Below, in pieces: positions 1-9,968 of a DNA stretch of 39,792 nt. The notes below the pieces were generated by a model, which was given only the letters and a program-made list of their open reading frames with translations, did no database searches and had not been told where the DNA came from. Position numbers and translations under genes: made by a program. The first letter of the stretch is position 1. The number at the start of each line of letters is the position of its first letter. The stretch comes from an uncultured bacterium (GTDB taxonomy: Bacteria > Bacillota_I > Bacilli_A > RF39 > UBA660): the NCBI GenBank assembly GCA_949288335.1, contig CASEJU010000074.1:1-39792 (forward strand), written 5' to 3'.

Positions 1-1174
1 ATTCCACCTCTATTATATCAGTGTATCTTGTTAAAACAGATTTATACTTATTATAATACGACTGGTAATTATTTAAAAGAGTATTATTTAAATTTGTATA
101 TGGATAAACTTTAAAATTACTACTTCCTTTAAAATATGTGTATATTAAATTAGCTTTTATATTACTAAATGTAATTTTTTTCTCATCATCTTTATTAATG
201 TTTAAAGTAACTATCACGCCGGTTTGTCTATCTATGGTATCTTGTGCGGCAATAAAATTACCAAGGGCATAAAACACCAAAGTATCGCCAATCATTTCTA
301 CTGGCTGAATAGAGTGTGCATGGTTTCCAATAATTAAATTAACACCCATATCAGATAGTTCTTTTGCAATTTTCTTTTGACTTTCATTAGGATAGGTAGT
401 GTACTCTTCTCCCCAATGCATTGAAACGATTATTAAATCAGCATCATCTTTTATCTTTTTAATGTCTGCTTGTGCTTTTTCTTTTAAGTAAATATTAGTT
501 AAATATTCTTTGCCAGAAGGAGGCAATAAACCATTAGTTACGCTGGTATATGCTAAAAAAGCATATTTTATTCCGTTTTTTTCTAATACCTTTATGTTAT
601 TTTCTCTATCATCTTCTGACAAAGCCTGTCCACTATAATAAACACTTGGATAAGTTTTCCAAAAATTAACTGAGTTTATTACTCCTTCTTCTCCTTTATC
701 CATCGTATGATTATTAGCTAAACTAACCAGGTTAAAACCTAAATTTACCATGTCCTGTCCTATTTCTTCTGGAGAGTTAAACCTGGGATAAGCAGATAAC
801 CCAAGAGCTTTACCACCGATTATACTTTCTTGGTTATAAAATGCTAAATCATGATTTTTTATTAGTGGCTCAACTTCTGTAAACATATTTGAAAAAGAAT
901 ACGTTCCATCACTTTGTTTAGCATCCGTATAAACAAAGCGATGAATAAGGCAATCTCCAACCATAACCATTGAAAGTTCATTAGTATCCTTTTTAGTGGT
1001 AACTGTTGTTGTTGTATTCTTTTTCTTTTCATTGTTTAAAGATGCTTTATCCTCTTTTAAATACTTATCATATAAAAACAAACTTAAAATTATTATTACA
1101 CAAATAGTCAAAAGCCATAAAACTAACTTAACCCACTTTTTTAGTCTTCTCTTCTTCTTTTTCGTCTCCTTCAT
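1..1174 (-). CDS. CapA/PGA_cap-family metallophosphatase-like protein with N-terminal membrane anchor (3' end runs off the window)
   Basis: Absent from the ORF track because there is no stop in the window. My minus-strand translation from the ATG at 1174 reads MKETKKKKRRLKKWVKLVLWLLTICVIIILSLFLY (TM anchor). It then shows MVMVGDCLIH, LANNHTMDKGEEG, VSMHWGEEY and IIGNHAHSIQP, which are CapA/metallophosphatase blocks. The frame stays open to position 1. Confidence 0.8.
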   Translation of the reverse strand, partial: MKETKKKKRRLKKWVKLVLWLLTICVIIILSLFLYDKYLKEDKASLNNEKKKNTTTTVTTKKDTNELSMVMVGDCLIHRFVYTDAKQSDGTYSFSNMFTEVEPLIKNHDLAFYNQESIIGGKALGLSAYPRFNSPEEIGQDMVNLGFNLVSLANNHTMDKGEEGVINSVNFWKTYPSVYYSGQALSEDDRENNIKVLEKNGIKYAFLAYTSVTNGLLPPSGKEYLTNIYLKEKAQADIKKIKDDADLIIVSMHWGEEYTTYPNESQKKIAKELSDMGVNLIIGNHAHSIQPVEMIGDTLVFYALGNFIAAQDTIDRQTGVIVTLNINKDDEKKITFSNIKANLIYTYFKGSSNFKVYPYTNLNNTLLNNYQSYYNKYKSVLTRYTDIIEVE

Positions 1175-3284
1175 TTTCTTCACTACTTTCACTACTTATT
1201 TCAAAATCAATAAATGACTCTTCTTTAGATGCAGACTTACATATTACCGTTACTTCATCACCAATTCGGTATCTTCGCTTACTTCTTTGCCCTATTAAAG
1301 ACATGCTTTTTTCATCATAGTTATAATAATCTCCTTTGATATCGCTTATGTGAACTAAACCCTCTATCATGTTAGGTAATTCTACAAACATACCAAATGA
1401 TGTAACACCACTTATCATACCGGTAAATTCTTCACCAACGTGATCCATCATGTACTCGGCCATTTTCATATCCTCTACTTCTCTTTCACATTCAATAGCG
1501 TCTCTTTCTTTTTGTGATGCATGTTCAGTTAAAACAGGTAAATATTCCTTAAAGTAATCTATTGTTTTTTTAGATTGGTCATTTTCGTAAAGATACGTTC
1601 TTAAAAGACGGTGAACCGTTGTATCAGGAAACCTTCTAATTGGTGATGTAAAATGGGTATATATCTTACTTGCAAGTCCAAAGTGACCTATGTTATCAGT
1701 TTGATAAACGGCTTTTTGCATAGCTCTAAGCATTAAAGAGGATAATATTTTATATTCTTTTTTATCCTTTAACTGGTCCAAAACATGCTGAATTGAAGAA
1801 GGATACTGCGTGTTTATTTTACCAGTTATCTTATAACCTAAAGAACTGATAAAATCTAAAAAATCGTTTATTTTCTCTTCTTTTGGAGTACCATGAACAC
1901 GATATACAAATGGTAATTCCATGTAAAAAACATGAGATGATACCGTTTCATTAGCCGCTATCATAAAGTCTTCAATCATTTTTTCACCTGAGGCACGTTC
2001 CCTTAAAACAACATCAATTGGCTTTCCGGCCTCATCCGCAATAATTTTAGCTTCATCAGTATCAAAGTCTATTGCGCCCCTTGCACTTCTTGCTTTTCTT
2101 AAAATATCAGCAAGTTCTTTCATTAACGTTAAATCCTTAGTAAAAGGCTCATAACCATCCTCAACGATACCTTCGTCAAGCCATTTATTAACCTTTTTAT
2201 AAGTCATTTGTAGTCTTGATTTAATAACGCTTTCAAATATATCATGACTAACAACTTTTCCTTTATTATCAATTTCCATAACGCAGCTTTGAGTTAAACG
2301 CTCAACGCCTGGATTAAGTGAACAAATACCATTAGATAACTTATGCGGAAGCATTGGAATAACCCGGTCTACCAAATATACACTAGTACCTCTTTCATAT
2401 GCCTCATCATATAACTTTGTTCCAGGTTTAACATAATAAGATACATCAGCGATGTGAACACCTAGTTCATAGTTACCATTTTTTAGTTTTTTTATTGATA
2501 TAGCATCATCAATATCCTTTGTATCGTCACCATCGATGGTAAAAATAACTTCATTAGTTAAGTCTTTTCTTCCTACCTTATCTTCTTTTCTTACACTATC
2601 TGGAATACTATCTAACTCTTCTAATACCTCATCTGGAAACTTAGGAGAAAAAGCATGCTTATAAACAATCGATTCAACGTCTACTCCAACATCATTTTTA
2701 TGACCTATAATTGTTTTTATTTCCGCTAAAACAGTATTATGATCAAGTTCTTTTATAACGTTTAATAAAACGATGTGCCCATCTACCGCGTTTTTTAAGC
2801 TTTCCTTTGTTAATACTATTTTCTGCTTAAACTTTTTATCACTTACGATAACGGTTGGGTTACCATTATTAAATGAATATTCACCAACTATTGGTCCGTA
2901 ACTTCTTTTAGCTATTCTAAGAACACGACCTTCTTTTTTTGCACCAGTATTCTTATTTGTTATTTCAACAATAACCATATCACCATCTTGAGCACCGTTT
3001 AGATGTTCTTTATCCACGTGAATATCTTCTTCATCTTCCATTAAAACAAAACCAAATCCCTTATCAGATACATCTATCTTACCCTTTTTTAAATGACTGT
3101 ATTTAAAAGCCATATATTTATCTTTATTAGTATGATATATAATTAAACTACTTTCTAATTCTCCTAATACCTTAAGCATATTTTCCATTTCACTAGTGGT
3201 ATCAAGTCCTAATATATCCTTAAGTTCAAAAACAGTATAAGCCCTATCGTTTTCTTCTAATATATTTAGTATTCTATCTTTCAT
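1128..3284 (-). CDS. rnr: Ribonuclease R
   Basis: 718 aa. It has a cold-shock-like GFGFV block, an RNB catalytic region (DDAISI, HIADVSYYV) and a C-terminal S1 domain (GMISGVTSFGMFVEL...GLVHISDI). A charged tail follows. Confidence 0.95.
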   Translation of the reverse strand: MKDRILNILEENDRAYTVFELKDILGLDTTSEMENMLKVLGELESSLIIYHTNKDKYMAFKYSHLKKGKIDVSDKGFGFVLMEDEEDIHVDKEHLNGAQDGDMVIVEITNKNTGAKKEGRVLRIAKRSYGPIVGEYSFNNGNPTVIVSDKKFKQKIVLTKESLKNAVDGHIVLLNVIKELDHNTVLAEIKTIIGHKNDVGVDVESIVYKHAFSPKFPDEVLEELDSIPDSVRKEDKVGRKDLTNEVIFTIDGDDTKDIDDAISIKKLKNGNYELGVHIADVSYYVKPGTKLYDEAYERGTSVYLVDRVIPMLPHKLSNGICSLNPGVERLTQSCVMEIDNKGKVVSHDIFESVIKSRLQMTYKKVNKWLDEGIVEDGYEPFTKDLTLMKELADILRKARSARGAIDFDTDEAKIIADEAGKPIDVVLRERASGEKMIEDFMIAANETVSSHVFYMELPFVYRVHGTPKEEKINDFLDFISSLGYKITGKINTQYPSSIQHVLDQLKDKKEYKILSSLMLRAMQKAVYQTDNIGHFGLASKIYTHFTSPIRRFPDTTVHRLLRTYLYENDQSKKTIDYFKEYLPVLTEHASQKERDAIECEREVEDMKMAEYMMDHVGEEFTGMISGVTSFGMFVELPNMIEGLVHISDIKGDYYNYDEKSMSLIGQRSKRRYRIGDEVTVICKSASKEESFIDFEISSESSEENEGDEKEEEKTKKVG

Positions 3285-3312
3285 AAGTTTTCTCCTTATC
3301 TAATATTATTAT

Positions 3313-3345
3313 AAAACAAAAAAAGACTTATAACCAAGTCTTTTT
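3313..3345 (-). terminator. Rho-independent terminator downstream of secG
   Basis: The plus strand reads aaaaagactt-ataacc-aagtcttttt. The 7-bp stem AAGACTT/AAGTCTT is followed on the minus-strand RNA by a U run (uuuuuuuguuuu). Confidence 0.7.
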
Positions 3346-3349
3346 AGTA

Positions 3350-3559
3350 TTACATGTCTACTATTATACATAATGCAAAAAATATAATCCCTAAAACGTA
3401 CGTTAATCTTGTTATAAAAAGCTCTCCTCCACGCTCTTTACGATTCATGAACAAATCAGCATTACCACCGGTTATTATGTTTCCGCTTTCGGCTTTGCCA
3501 CTTTGTAAAAGTACGATAATAATAAGTAAAACAGATACAATCATTAGTATTGTAAGCAT
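3350..3559 (-). CDS. secG: Preprotein translocase subunit SecG
   Basis: MLTILMIVSVLLIIIVLLQSGK...GG...FITRLTYVLGIIFFALCI has the typical two-TM SecG layout. I chose the internal ATG at 3559 because AGGAGG lies 6 nt upstream. The track ORF starts at 3598. Confidence 0.85.
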   Translation of the reverse strand: MLTILMIVSVLLIIIVLLQSGKAESGNIITGGNADLFMNRKERGGELFITRLTYVLGIIFFALCIIVDM

Positions 3560-3624
3560 GATAATCCTCCTTTTACTAGGTAATATTTTAGCATACATTT
3601 AATTTTATTACAACATCTTTAAAT

Positions 3625-3927
3625 TTATTTATTCTTAAATTGCATGATGGCTCCATCTCTTTTGCCATCCAAATAAACTAACGCAAAAGCAGTGATCATT
3701 GTAATTATATAAAATAAATAGCAAACTAAATTCAAATTAAAGGTTATAACGTTATTATCAAAAGTCTCTATTGTTAAACCTTCATCAATTACAAAGGACA
3801 TAACAATACTTATAATAAGTGAAATTACAAATACTATTAAACCTATTAACATATGTTTATTTACTTTTTTACCATATAAAGTTTTTTCAAATGCTTCTTT
3901 TTCTTCTTTTTTTACTTTTTCGTACAT
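3625..3927 (-). CDS. Small hypothetical membrane protein (2 predicted TM segments)
   Basis: 100 aa. Hydrophobic stretches are MLIGLIVFVISLIISIVMSFVI and LVCYLFYIITMITAFALVYL. AAGGAGGA lies upstream of the ATG, which is 15 nt after the stop of the preceding gene. No family was recognised. Confidence 0.6.
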   Translation of the reverse strand: MYEKVKKEEKEAFEKTLYGKKVNKHMLIGLIVFVISLIISIVMSFVIDEGLTIETFDNNVITFNLNLVCYLFYIITMITAFALVYLDGKRDGAIMQFKNK

Positions 3928-3942
3928 ATTTATCCTCCTTAA

Positions 3943-5982
3943 TTATATAACGTATTTATTATTTAAGTAATCTTCGTTTTTAATTTGCTTTATTCTTCTC
4001 ATAAGTTCTCCATCTTTATCCGAGTATGGATACTTAGGTCTTATAATTTTAAACGTCTTGTCATAATCAACGTTTCCGTTTTCTAAATAAGTAACAAGTT
4101 GCTCATTAAATACGTCTTGTTTATGCTCATCTAGTTCACTTAAAAGATCATCTATTTCAGATTTTATCGCTTCAATTAATTCATCTTTTTTTGATTCTTC
4201 TATATCCTTATTAAATATGTTAGTAAATCGTTCTTTAAAATTACCAGCGACTTTTTTTACGTCAGAATCATTTGAATCTTTATTTAAATAAGTGATTCTT
4301 GGACTTTCTTTTACTATCTTTTCTCCTCGTTTAAGCGCTACATATGATATTTCTTTTATTTCTTTTTCAGAAAGTTCTTTTTGACCAAAAATCTTATTCG
4401 TATCTAAATCCTTAATCATTTGATAAGACAAAGAAGAGTAAACCGCTTCCATTTCCTCATCGGTTGCTTTAGGTATTTTAATTTTCTCATCTAAAAGTTT
4501 TTGATAATAAAATCTTTCAAGTAATTTTTCATATTCTTCTATCTGATCTAAAAAATTCATACTTTTCAACTTATAATATTCATGCATACTTAAATAGCCG
4601 TCTAGAACGTCGCTTAAATTAGCAGCATCCTGATACATGCTTTTAACAAATTCTTTACTATAATATCTTAAAGGAAACAATTCAAAATTAACGGTATGCT
4701 TTTTATTTACGTATTTCATACACATTTCTTTAGTTATAAAATCCCTTGGAACCATTTTCAAATTATCCACATCAAGGTCCACCAATTCATCATAAAATGA
4801 CTTATCAAGAACATCAGAAGGAGTTTTTGGGTGTATTTTTTTATGAGTATTAGCGTAAGCCAAATAAGTATTTTTATTTCTAAATTCTTTTTTTACTTCA
4901 TCAAAAGGCATCCCTACGTTTATCGCCTCAACGTATAATTCAGTATTTAATCTACTTTCAGGAATTTTTTTTATGTTATGATAATCGTTTCTTATACTAT
5001 TTACCAAATAATCTTCTGAAACGTAATATTTTTTATAACGTTTTGGAATTTTACTTAATGGTAAACCGTTTTTGCTTGCTAAAAGCCATAGCTTTATATC
5101 ACGCTTTTCTTCTGGAATCTTAAATATATATTCCGGATCCTTCTTAATTTCTTCTTCATATGATTTTCTACATAAATCTTTTAGCTCTTTAGATGAATTA
5201 ACATACTTTTCTGGAACTAAATTTACAGCAAGACCAGATTTTACCGCTAAAAGCCACATGCGAGCATCTTTATATTCCAAAGGAAATAAGAATATGTTTC
5301 TTGGGTTTTCTTTTATTTTTTGTTCGTACGTTTCTTTATTTACGTACTGCTTTGGCATGCTTGATATATCAAGGCCATTTTCAAAGGCTAAAGTATATAG
5401 TTCTTTTTTACTACTATACGGAACCTTAGAAGTACCAAAAGGAACATATTTAACGTTGTTAGGATTTATTTTAATGGCGTAATAACATAAGTCTAAATCC
5501 ACCATGCTTATTGGAACGTCCGCTAAAGAACCATTATTTAACAAAGATAATTTACAAAGGTCTAAATTAATTGCTTTCCTAGGAAGTTTTTTTAAGCTAA
5601 CACCATTTTTTACACAAAGAACATAAAAATCATTATCTAAGAATTCTAAAGGAATATCTTTTAAATTAAAATCGTTAGGGCTATTTTCAACTGATGCTTC
5701 ACAAATTTCTCTTGTTCGATACTTAAAAGGAACCAAGCTTAAAGGATATCCGAAATGTTTAACGTTTGTTAAATATTCTTTAATTCTGTGTTTTTTAGAT
5801 AAAATAAATAAAATAGAATTTGTTTTTATAAGTTTTATTTTTTTTACCTTCAATTTTAAACCAGCAGGATAAACTACAACGTTTGTTTTGTTGATTTCTG
5901 ATAGTCTTTTGATTTCTTTAAATTTTCTTTGTCTTTCTATAGCTTTTTCATACTCTAAATCAAGATAATCCTTATCAGTCAT
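3943..5982 (-). CDS. Hypothetical repeat protein (DUF4116-like repeats, coiled-coil/charged C-terminal third)
   Basis: 679 aa long ORF. It carries recurring units of the form [IV]P.E....(L/C)..A(V/I)K.NG..L..(I/V)P. Examples are LCVKNGVSLKKLP, LLAVKSGLAVNLVP, LLASKNGLPLSKIP and YVEAINVGMPFDEV. The family assignment comes from remembered resemblance only. Confidence 0.6.
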   Translation of the reverse strand: MTDKDYLDLEYEKAIERQRKFKEIKRLSEINKTNVVVYPAGLKLKVKKIKLIKTNSILFILSKKHRIKEYLTNVKHFGYPLSLVPFKYRTREICEASVENSPNDFNLKDIPLEFLDNDFYVLCVKNGVSLKKLPRKAINLDLCKLSLLNNGSLADVPISMVDLDLCYYAIKINPNNVKYVPFGTSKVPYSSKKELYTLAFENGLDISSMPKQYVNKETYEQKIKENPRNIFLFPLEYKDARMWLLAVKSGLAVNLVPEKYVNSSKELKDLCRKSYEEEIKKDPEYIFKIPEEKRDIKLWLLASKNGLPLSKIPKRYKKYYVSEDYLVNSIRNDYHNIKKIPESRLNTELYVEAINVGMPFDEVKKEFRNKNTYLAYANTHKKIHPKTPSDVLDKSFYDELVDLDVDNLKMVPRDFITKEMCMKYVNKKHTVNFELFPLRYYSKEFVKSMYQDAANLSDVLDGYLSMHEYYKLKSMNFLDQIEEYEKLLERFYYQKLLDEKIKIPKATDEEMEAVYSSLSYQMIKDLDTNKIFGQKELSEKEIKEISYVALKRGEKIVKESPRITYLNKDSNDSDVKKVAGNFKERFTNIFNKDIEESKKDELIEAIKSEIDDLLSELDEHKQDVFNEQLVTYLENGNVDYDKTFKIIRPKYPYSDKDGELMRRIKQIKNEDYLNNKYVI

Positions 5983-6012
5983 GGCTTATTTCCTTTCATA
6001 TTATACGAAAGT

Positions 6013-6021
6013 ATTATATCA
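6013..6021 (-). promoter_or_regulatory. Extended -10 promoter (TGaTATAAT) for the 679-aa gene
   Basis: The minus strand reads ttTGaTATAAT about 30 nt upstream of the ATG at 5982, just after the eno stop. No good -35 was seen. Confidence 0.5.
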
Positions 6022-6038
6022 CAAAGAAAAAAAAAGAG

Positions 6039-7283
<1,245 letters not shown>

Positions 7284-7292
7284 CTAATAACT

Positions 7293-7301
7293 ATTATAGC
7301 A
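7293..7301 (-). promoter_or_regulatory. Extended -10 promoter (TGcTATAAT) for eno
   Basis: The minus strand reads agagTGcTATAATag about 25 nt upstream of the eno ATG. Confidence 0.45.
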
Positions 7302-7343
7302 CTCTAAAGCACTTAAAATAAAGAATTTATACAATTATGTAAA

Positions 7344-7373
7344 TTGACTTTAAAGCGTCTTTTAAGGTATAAT
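7344..7373 (+). promoter_or_regulatory. Sigma-A type promoter for the femAB-like gene
   Basis: TTGACT (7344-7349), an 18-nt spacer, then TATAAT (7368-7373). AAAGGAGGG lies before the ATG at 7403. Confidence 0.65.
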
Positions 7374-7402
7374 ATTATCTTAGAATAAAAGGAGGGATAA
7401 AA

Positions 7403-8650
7403 ATGCAAATCATATTACTTGACGAAATAAGATTTGACCAATTTGCAATATCCCATCCTAGACACAACTATTACCAAACAAGTAACTATGGTAGACTAAT
7501 GACGAAAAACGGATATAACGCGTACTACTTAGGCTTATCAGATAACATGGGCGAAATAAAGGCTGCTACTTTAATGCTTGTTAAAAACGACTCTAAAGAA
7601 AAAAGAAAGATGGGCTATGCACCAAGAGGTTTTCTAATTGATTGGAATGATGAAAATTTAGTAAAAGAGTTTACCGAAAGTTTAAAAGACTTTTTATCTA
7701 AAAGAAATTTTACTTACTTAAAATTAGATCCAATGGTTATATATAAAGAACATAACCTTGACGGTAGTGAAAAAAGCTTGGCAGATACCAATACGTCATT
7801 AGTACAAAAGCTTCAAAGCCTAGGTTATATCCACATGGGATATAATAATGGTATGGAAGCTTCAAAACCAAGGTGGAACGCACTTGTAAGCTTAGATAGT
7901 AACATAATAAATTTATATAATTCAATCTCTAAGGAAGCAAGAGAAAAAATTAACGAATCAGCTAAAATGGGGAACAAAGTTTATAAAGGTAGCACAAATG
8001 ATATAACAATTTTATTTAACTTGATAAATAAAAATAACCCACCACTTGATTACTACCTTGATTATTACCAGTTTTACGGACAAAATCAATTTGAAATATA
8101 CTTTAATAAGCTAGAACCAATTTCATACGTTAATTTAAGTAAATCAAATTATGAAAAAGAAGAACAAAGAAACAACGAATTAAACATGCAAATGCAGGAC
8201 TTTAATAATCCAAATAAAGACGCAATAATAAACGAAAAATTAAAATCGGACGAATTAGTTGCAAAATACAAAAAGAACATGTTAGAAGCAAGTAATTTGT
8301 TCCAAAAGTATCCAAACGGATTAATCACCGCTGGTGTTGCGATAATAAAATATGGAAAAACGATAACGTTTTTCGCAAGTGGTGTTAATGAAGAATTTAA
8401 ATACCAATATCCTGAGTACTTGCTTAAGTGGCAACTAATGCAAGAATTTGCAAATCAAGGTTATAAAATCATTAACCTCGGTGGTATGACAAGTGATTTT
8501 AAAAAGGATTATGAGTCAACCATAAAATCGGAAATGTCAAATAAAATCGTAGAATACGTAGGAGAATTTGATTTGGTTATAAATAAAAAATCTTATTATA
8601 CCGGTAGCAAATTAGCACCTATTCTTAACTGGCTTAATACACCTATTTAG
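7403..8650 (+). CDS. FemAB-family peptidoglycan interpeptide-bridge aminoacyltransferase
   Basis: 415 aa. The N-terminal FAISHPRHNYYQTSNYGRL...YAPRGFLIDW, a central charged coiled-coil insert and the C-terminal GG...DFKK block match the FemA/FemB/FemX layout. Confidence 0.75.
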   Translation: MQIILLDEIRFDQFAISHPRHNYYQTSNYGRLMTKNGYNAYYLGLSDNMGEIKAATLMLVKNDSKEKRKMGYAPRGFLIDWNDENLVKEFTESLKDFLSKRNFTYLKLDPMVIYKEHNLDGSEKSLADTNTSLVQKLQSLGYIHMGYNNGMEASKPRWNALVSLDSNIINLYNSISKEAREKINESAKMGNKVYKGSTNDITILFNLINKNNPPLDYYLDYYQFYGQNQFEIYFNKLEPISYVNLSKSNYEKEEQRNNELNMQMQDFNNPNKDAIINEKLKSDELVAKYKKNMLEASNLFQKYPNGLITAGVAIIKYGKTITFFASGVNEEFKYQYPEYLLKWQLMQEFANQGYKIINLGGMTSDFKKDYESTIKSEMSNKIVEYVGEFDLVINKKSYYTGSKLAPILNWLNTPI

Positions 8651-8655
8651 ATATT

Positions 8656-8686
8656 AAAAAAGACATTCAAATTTGAATGTCTTTTT
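8656..8686. terminator. Bidirectional terminator between the femAB-like gene and tuf
   Basis: aaaaaGACATTCAAatTTGAATGTCttttt is a perfect 10-bp palindromic stem flanked by A and T runs. It lies between convergent genes. Confidence 0.8.
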
Positions 8687-8697
8687 ATTAATTATAA

Positions 8698-9882
8698 TTA
8701 AGCATCAATCTTAGTAACTGTACCAGCACCAACAGTACGTCCACCTTCACGGATAGAGAACTTAGTACCATTTTCAAGTGCGATTGGTGCAATTAATTCA
8801 ACTGTCATAGAAACATTATCACCAGGCATAACCATTTCTGTACCTTCTGGTAATGTAACAACACCAGTTACGTCTGTTGTTCTAAAGTAGAACTGTGGTC
8901 TGTAGTTTGAGAAGAATGGAGTATGACGTCCGCCTTCTTCTTTACTTAATACGTAAACTTGAGCTTCAAATTTAGTATGTGGAGTAACAGTACCTGGTTT
9001 AGCAAGTACTTGACCACGTTGTACGTCATCACGTGAAATACCACGTAATAATACACCAGCGTTATCTCCTGCTTCAGCGTAGTCTAATTGCTTACGGAAC
9101 ATTTCAATTCCAGTAACAACAGTCTTTTGAGTTGGTTTTAAACCTACGATTTCAACTTCATCATTTAACTTTAATTGTCCACGTTCAACACGTCCAGTAA
9201 CAACGGTTCCACGACCAGTAATAGTAAATACGTCTTCGATTGACATTAAGAATGGTTTTGTGTTGTCTCTTTCAGGAGTAGGAATCCATTCATCAACAGC
9301 GTCCATTAATTCATCAATTTTTTCTTCCCACTTAGGATCTCCTTCAAGTGCTTTTAATGCAGAACCTCTAATAACTGGAGTGTTATCTCCATCGTATTCA
9401 TACTTGTTTAATAGTTCACGAACGTCCATTTCTACTAAATCTAGCATTTCTGGATCGTCAACCATATCGCATTTGTTCATGAATACAACGATTCTTGGAA
9501 CACCAACTTGACGAGCAAGTAAGATGTGTTCTTTAGTTTGTGCCATAGGACCATCAGTTGCAGCTAAAACAAGGATTGCTCCGTCCATTTGTGCAGCACC
9601 AGTAATCATGTTTTTAACATAATCAGCGTGTCCTGGGCAGTCTACGTGAGCATAGTGACGTTTGTCAGTTTCGTACTCAACGTGTGCAGTATTGATTGTT
9701 ATACCACGTTCTCTTTCTTCTGGAGCTTTATCGATATCTGCATAGTCTTCGAATTTAGCTTGACCTTTTTCAGATAATCTCTTAGTAATAGCAGCAGTTA
9801 AAGTAGTTTTACCATGGTCAACGTGTCCAATAGTACCAATGTTAACATGTGGTTTTGAACGATCAAATTTTTCTTTTGCCAT
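8698..9882 (-). CDS. tuf: Elongation factor Tu
   Basis: [18 protein letters not shown] and NKCD are present, and the full length resembles EF-Tu. Confidence 0.99.
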   Translation of the reverse strand: MAKEKFDRSKPHVNIGTIGHVDHGKTTLTAAITKRLSEKGQAKFEDYADIDKAPEERERGITINTAHVEYETDKRHYAHVDCPGHADYVKNMITGAAQMDGAILVLAATDGPMAQTKEHILLARQVGVPRIVVFMNKCDMVDDPEMLDLVEMDVRELLNKYEYDGDNTPVIRGSALKALEGDPKWEEKIDELMDAVDEWIPTPERDNTKPFLMSIEDVFTITGRGTVVTGRVERGQLKLNDEVEIVGLKPTQKTVVTGIEMFRKQLDYAEAGDNAGVLLRGISRDDVQRGQVLAKPGTVTPHTKFEAQVYVLSKEEGGRHTPFFSNYRPQFYFRTTDVTGVVTLPEGTEMVMPGDNVSMTVELIAPIALENGTKFSIREGGRTVGAGTVTKIDA

Positions 9883-9931
9883 AATTAAATTTCCTCCCTA
9901 TATAAATTACATATCTATTTTATCTAATCTA

Positions 9932-9956
9932 AGGGAAAATAGCAAGTATTTTCCCT
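9932..9956 (-). other. fusA-tuf intergenic hairpin (no clear U tract)
   Basis: AGGGAAAATA-gcaag-TATTTTCCCT is a 10-bp perfect stem. On the minus-strand RNA it is followed by uuagauuag rather than a U run. Confidence 0.5.
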
Positions 9957-9968
9957 CAGGATTATTTA

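Noticed and set aside
996-1217. Plus-strand 73-aa ORF from the track, plus similar antisense ORFs at 3354-3602, 5072-5482, 6832-7014, 7737-7925, 9260-9511, 9589-9777, 10204-10488, 11248-11679, 14911-15138, 16614-17277, 29537-29806, 37339-37572 and elsewhere
   Set aside because: All lie antisense to, or out of frame within, strongly supported genes such as capA-like/rnr, secG, eno, tuf, fusA, murA, ftsH and rpoB. They have low-complexity F/S/L-rich translations and no SD. They are shadow ORFs typical of AT-rich DNA.
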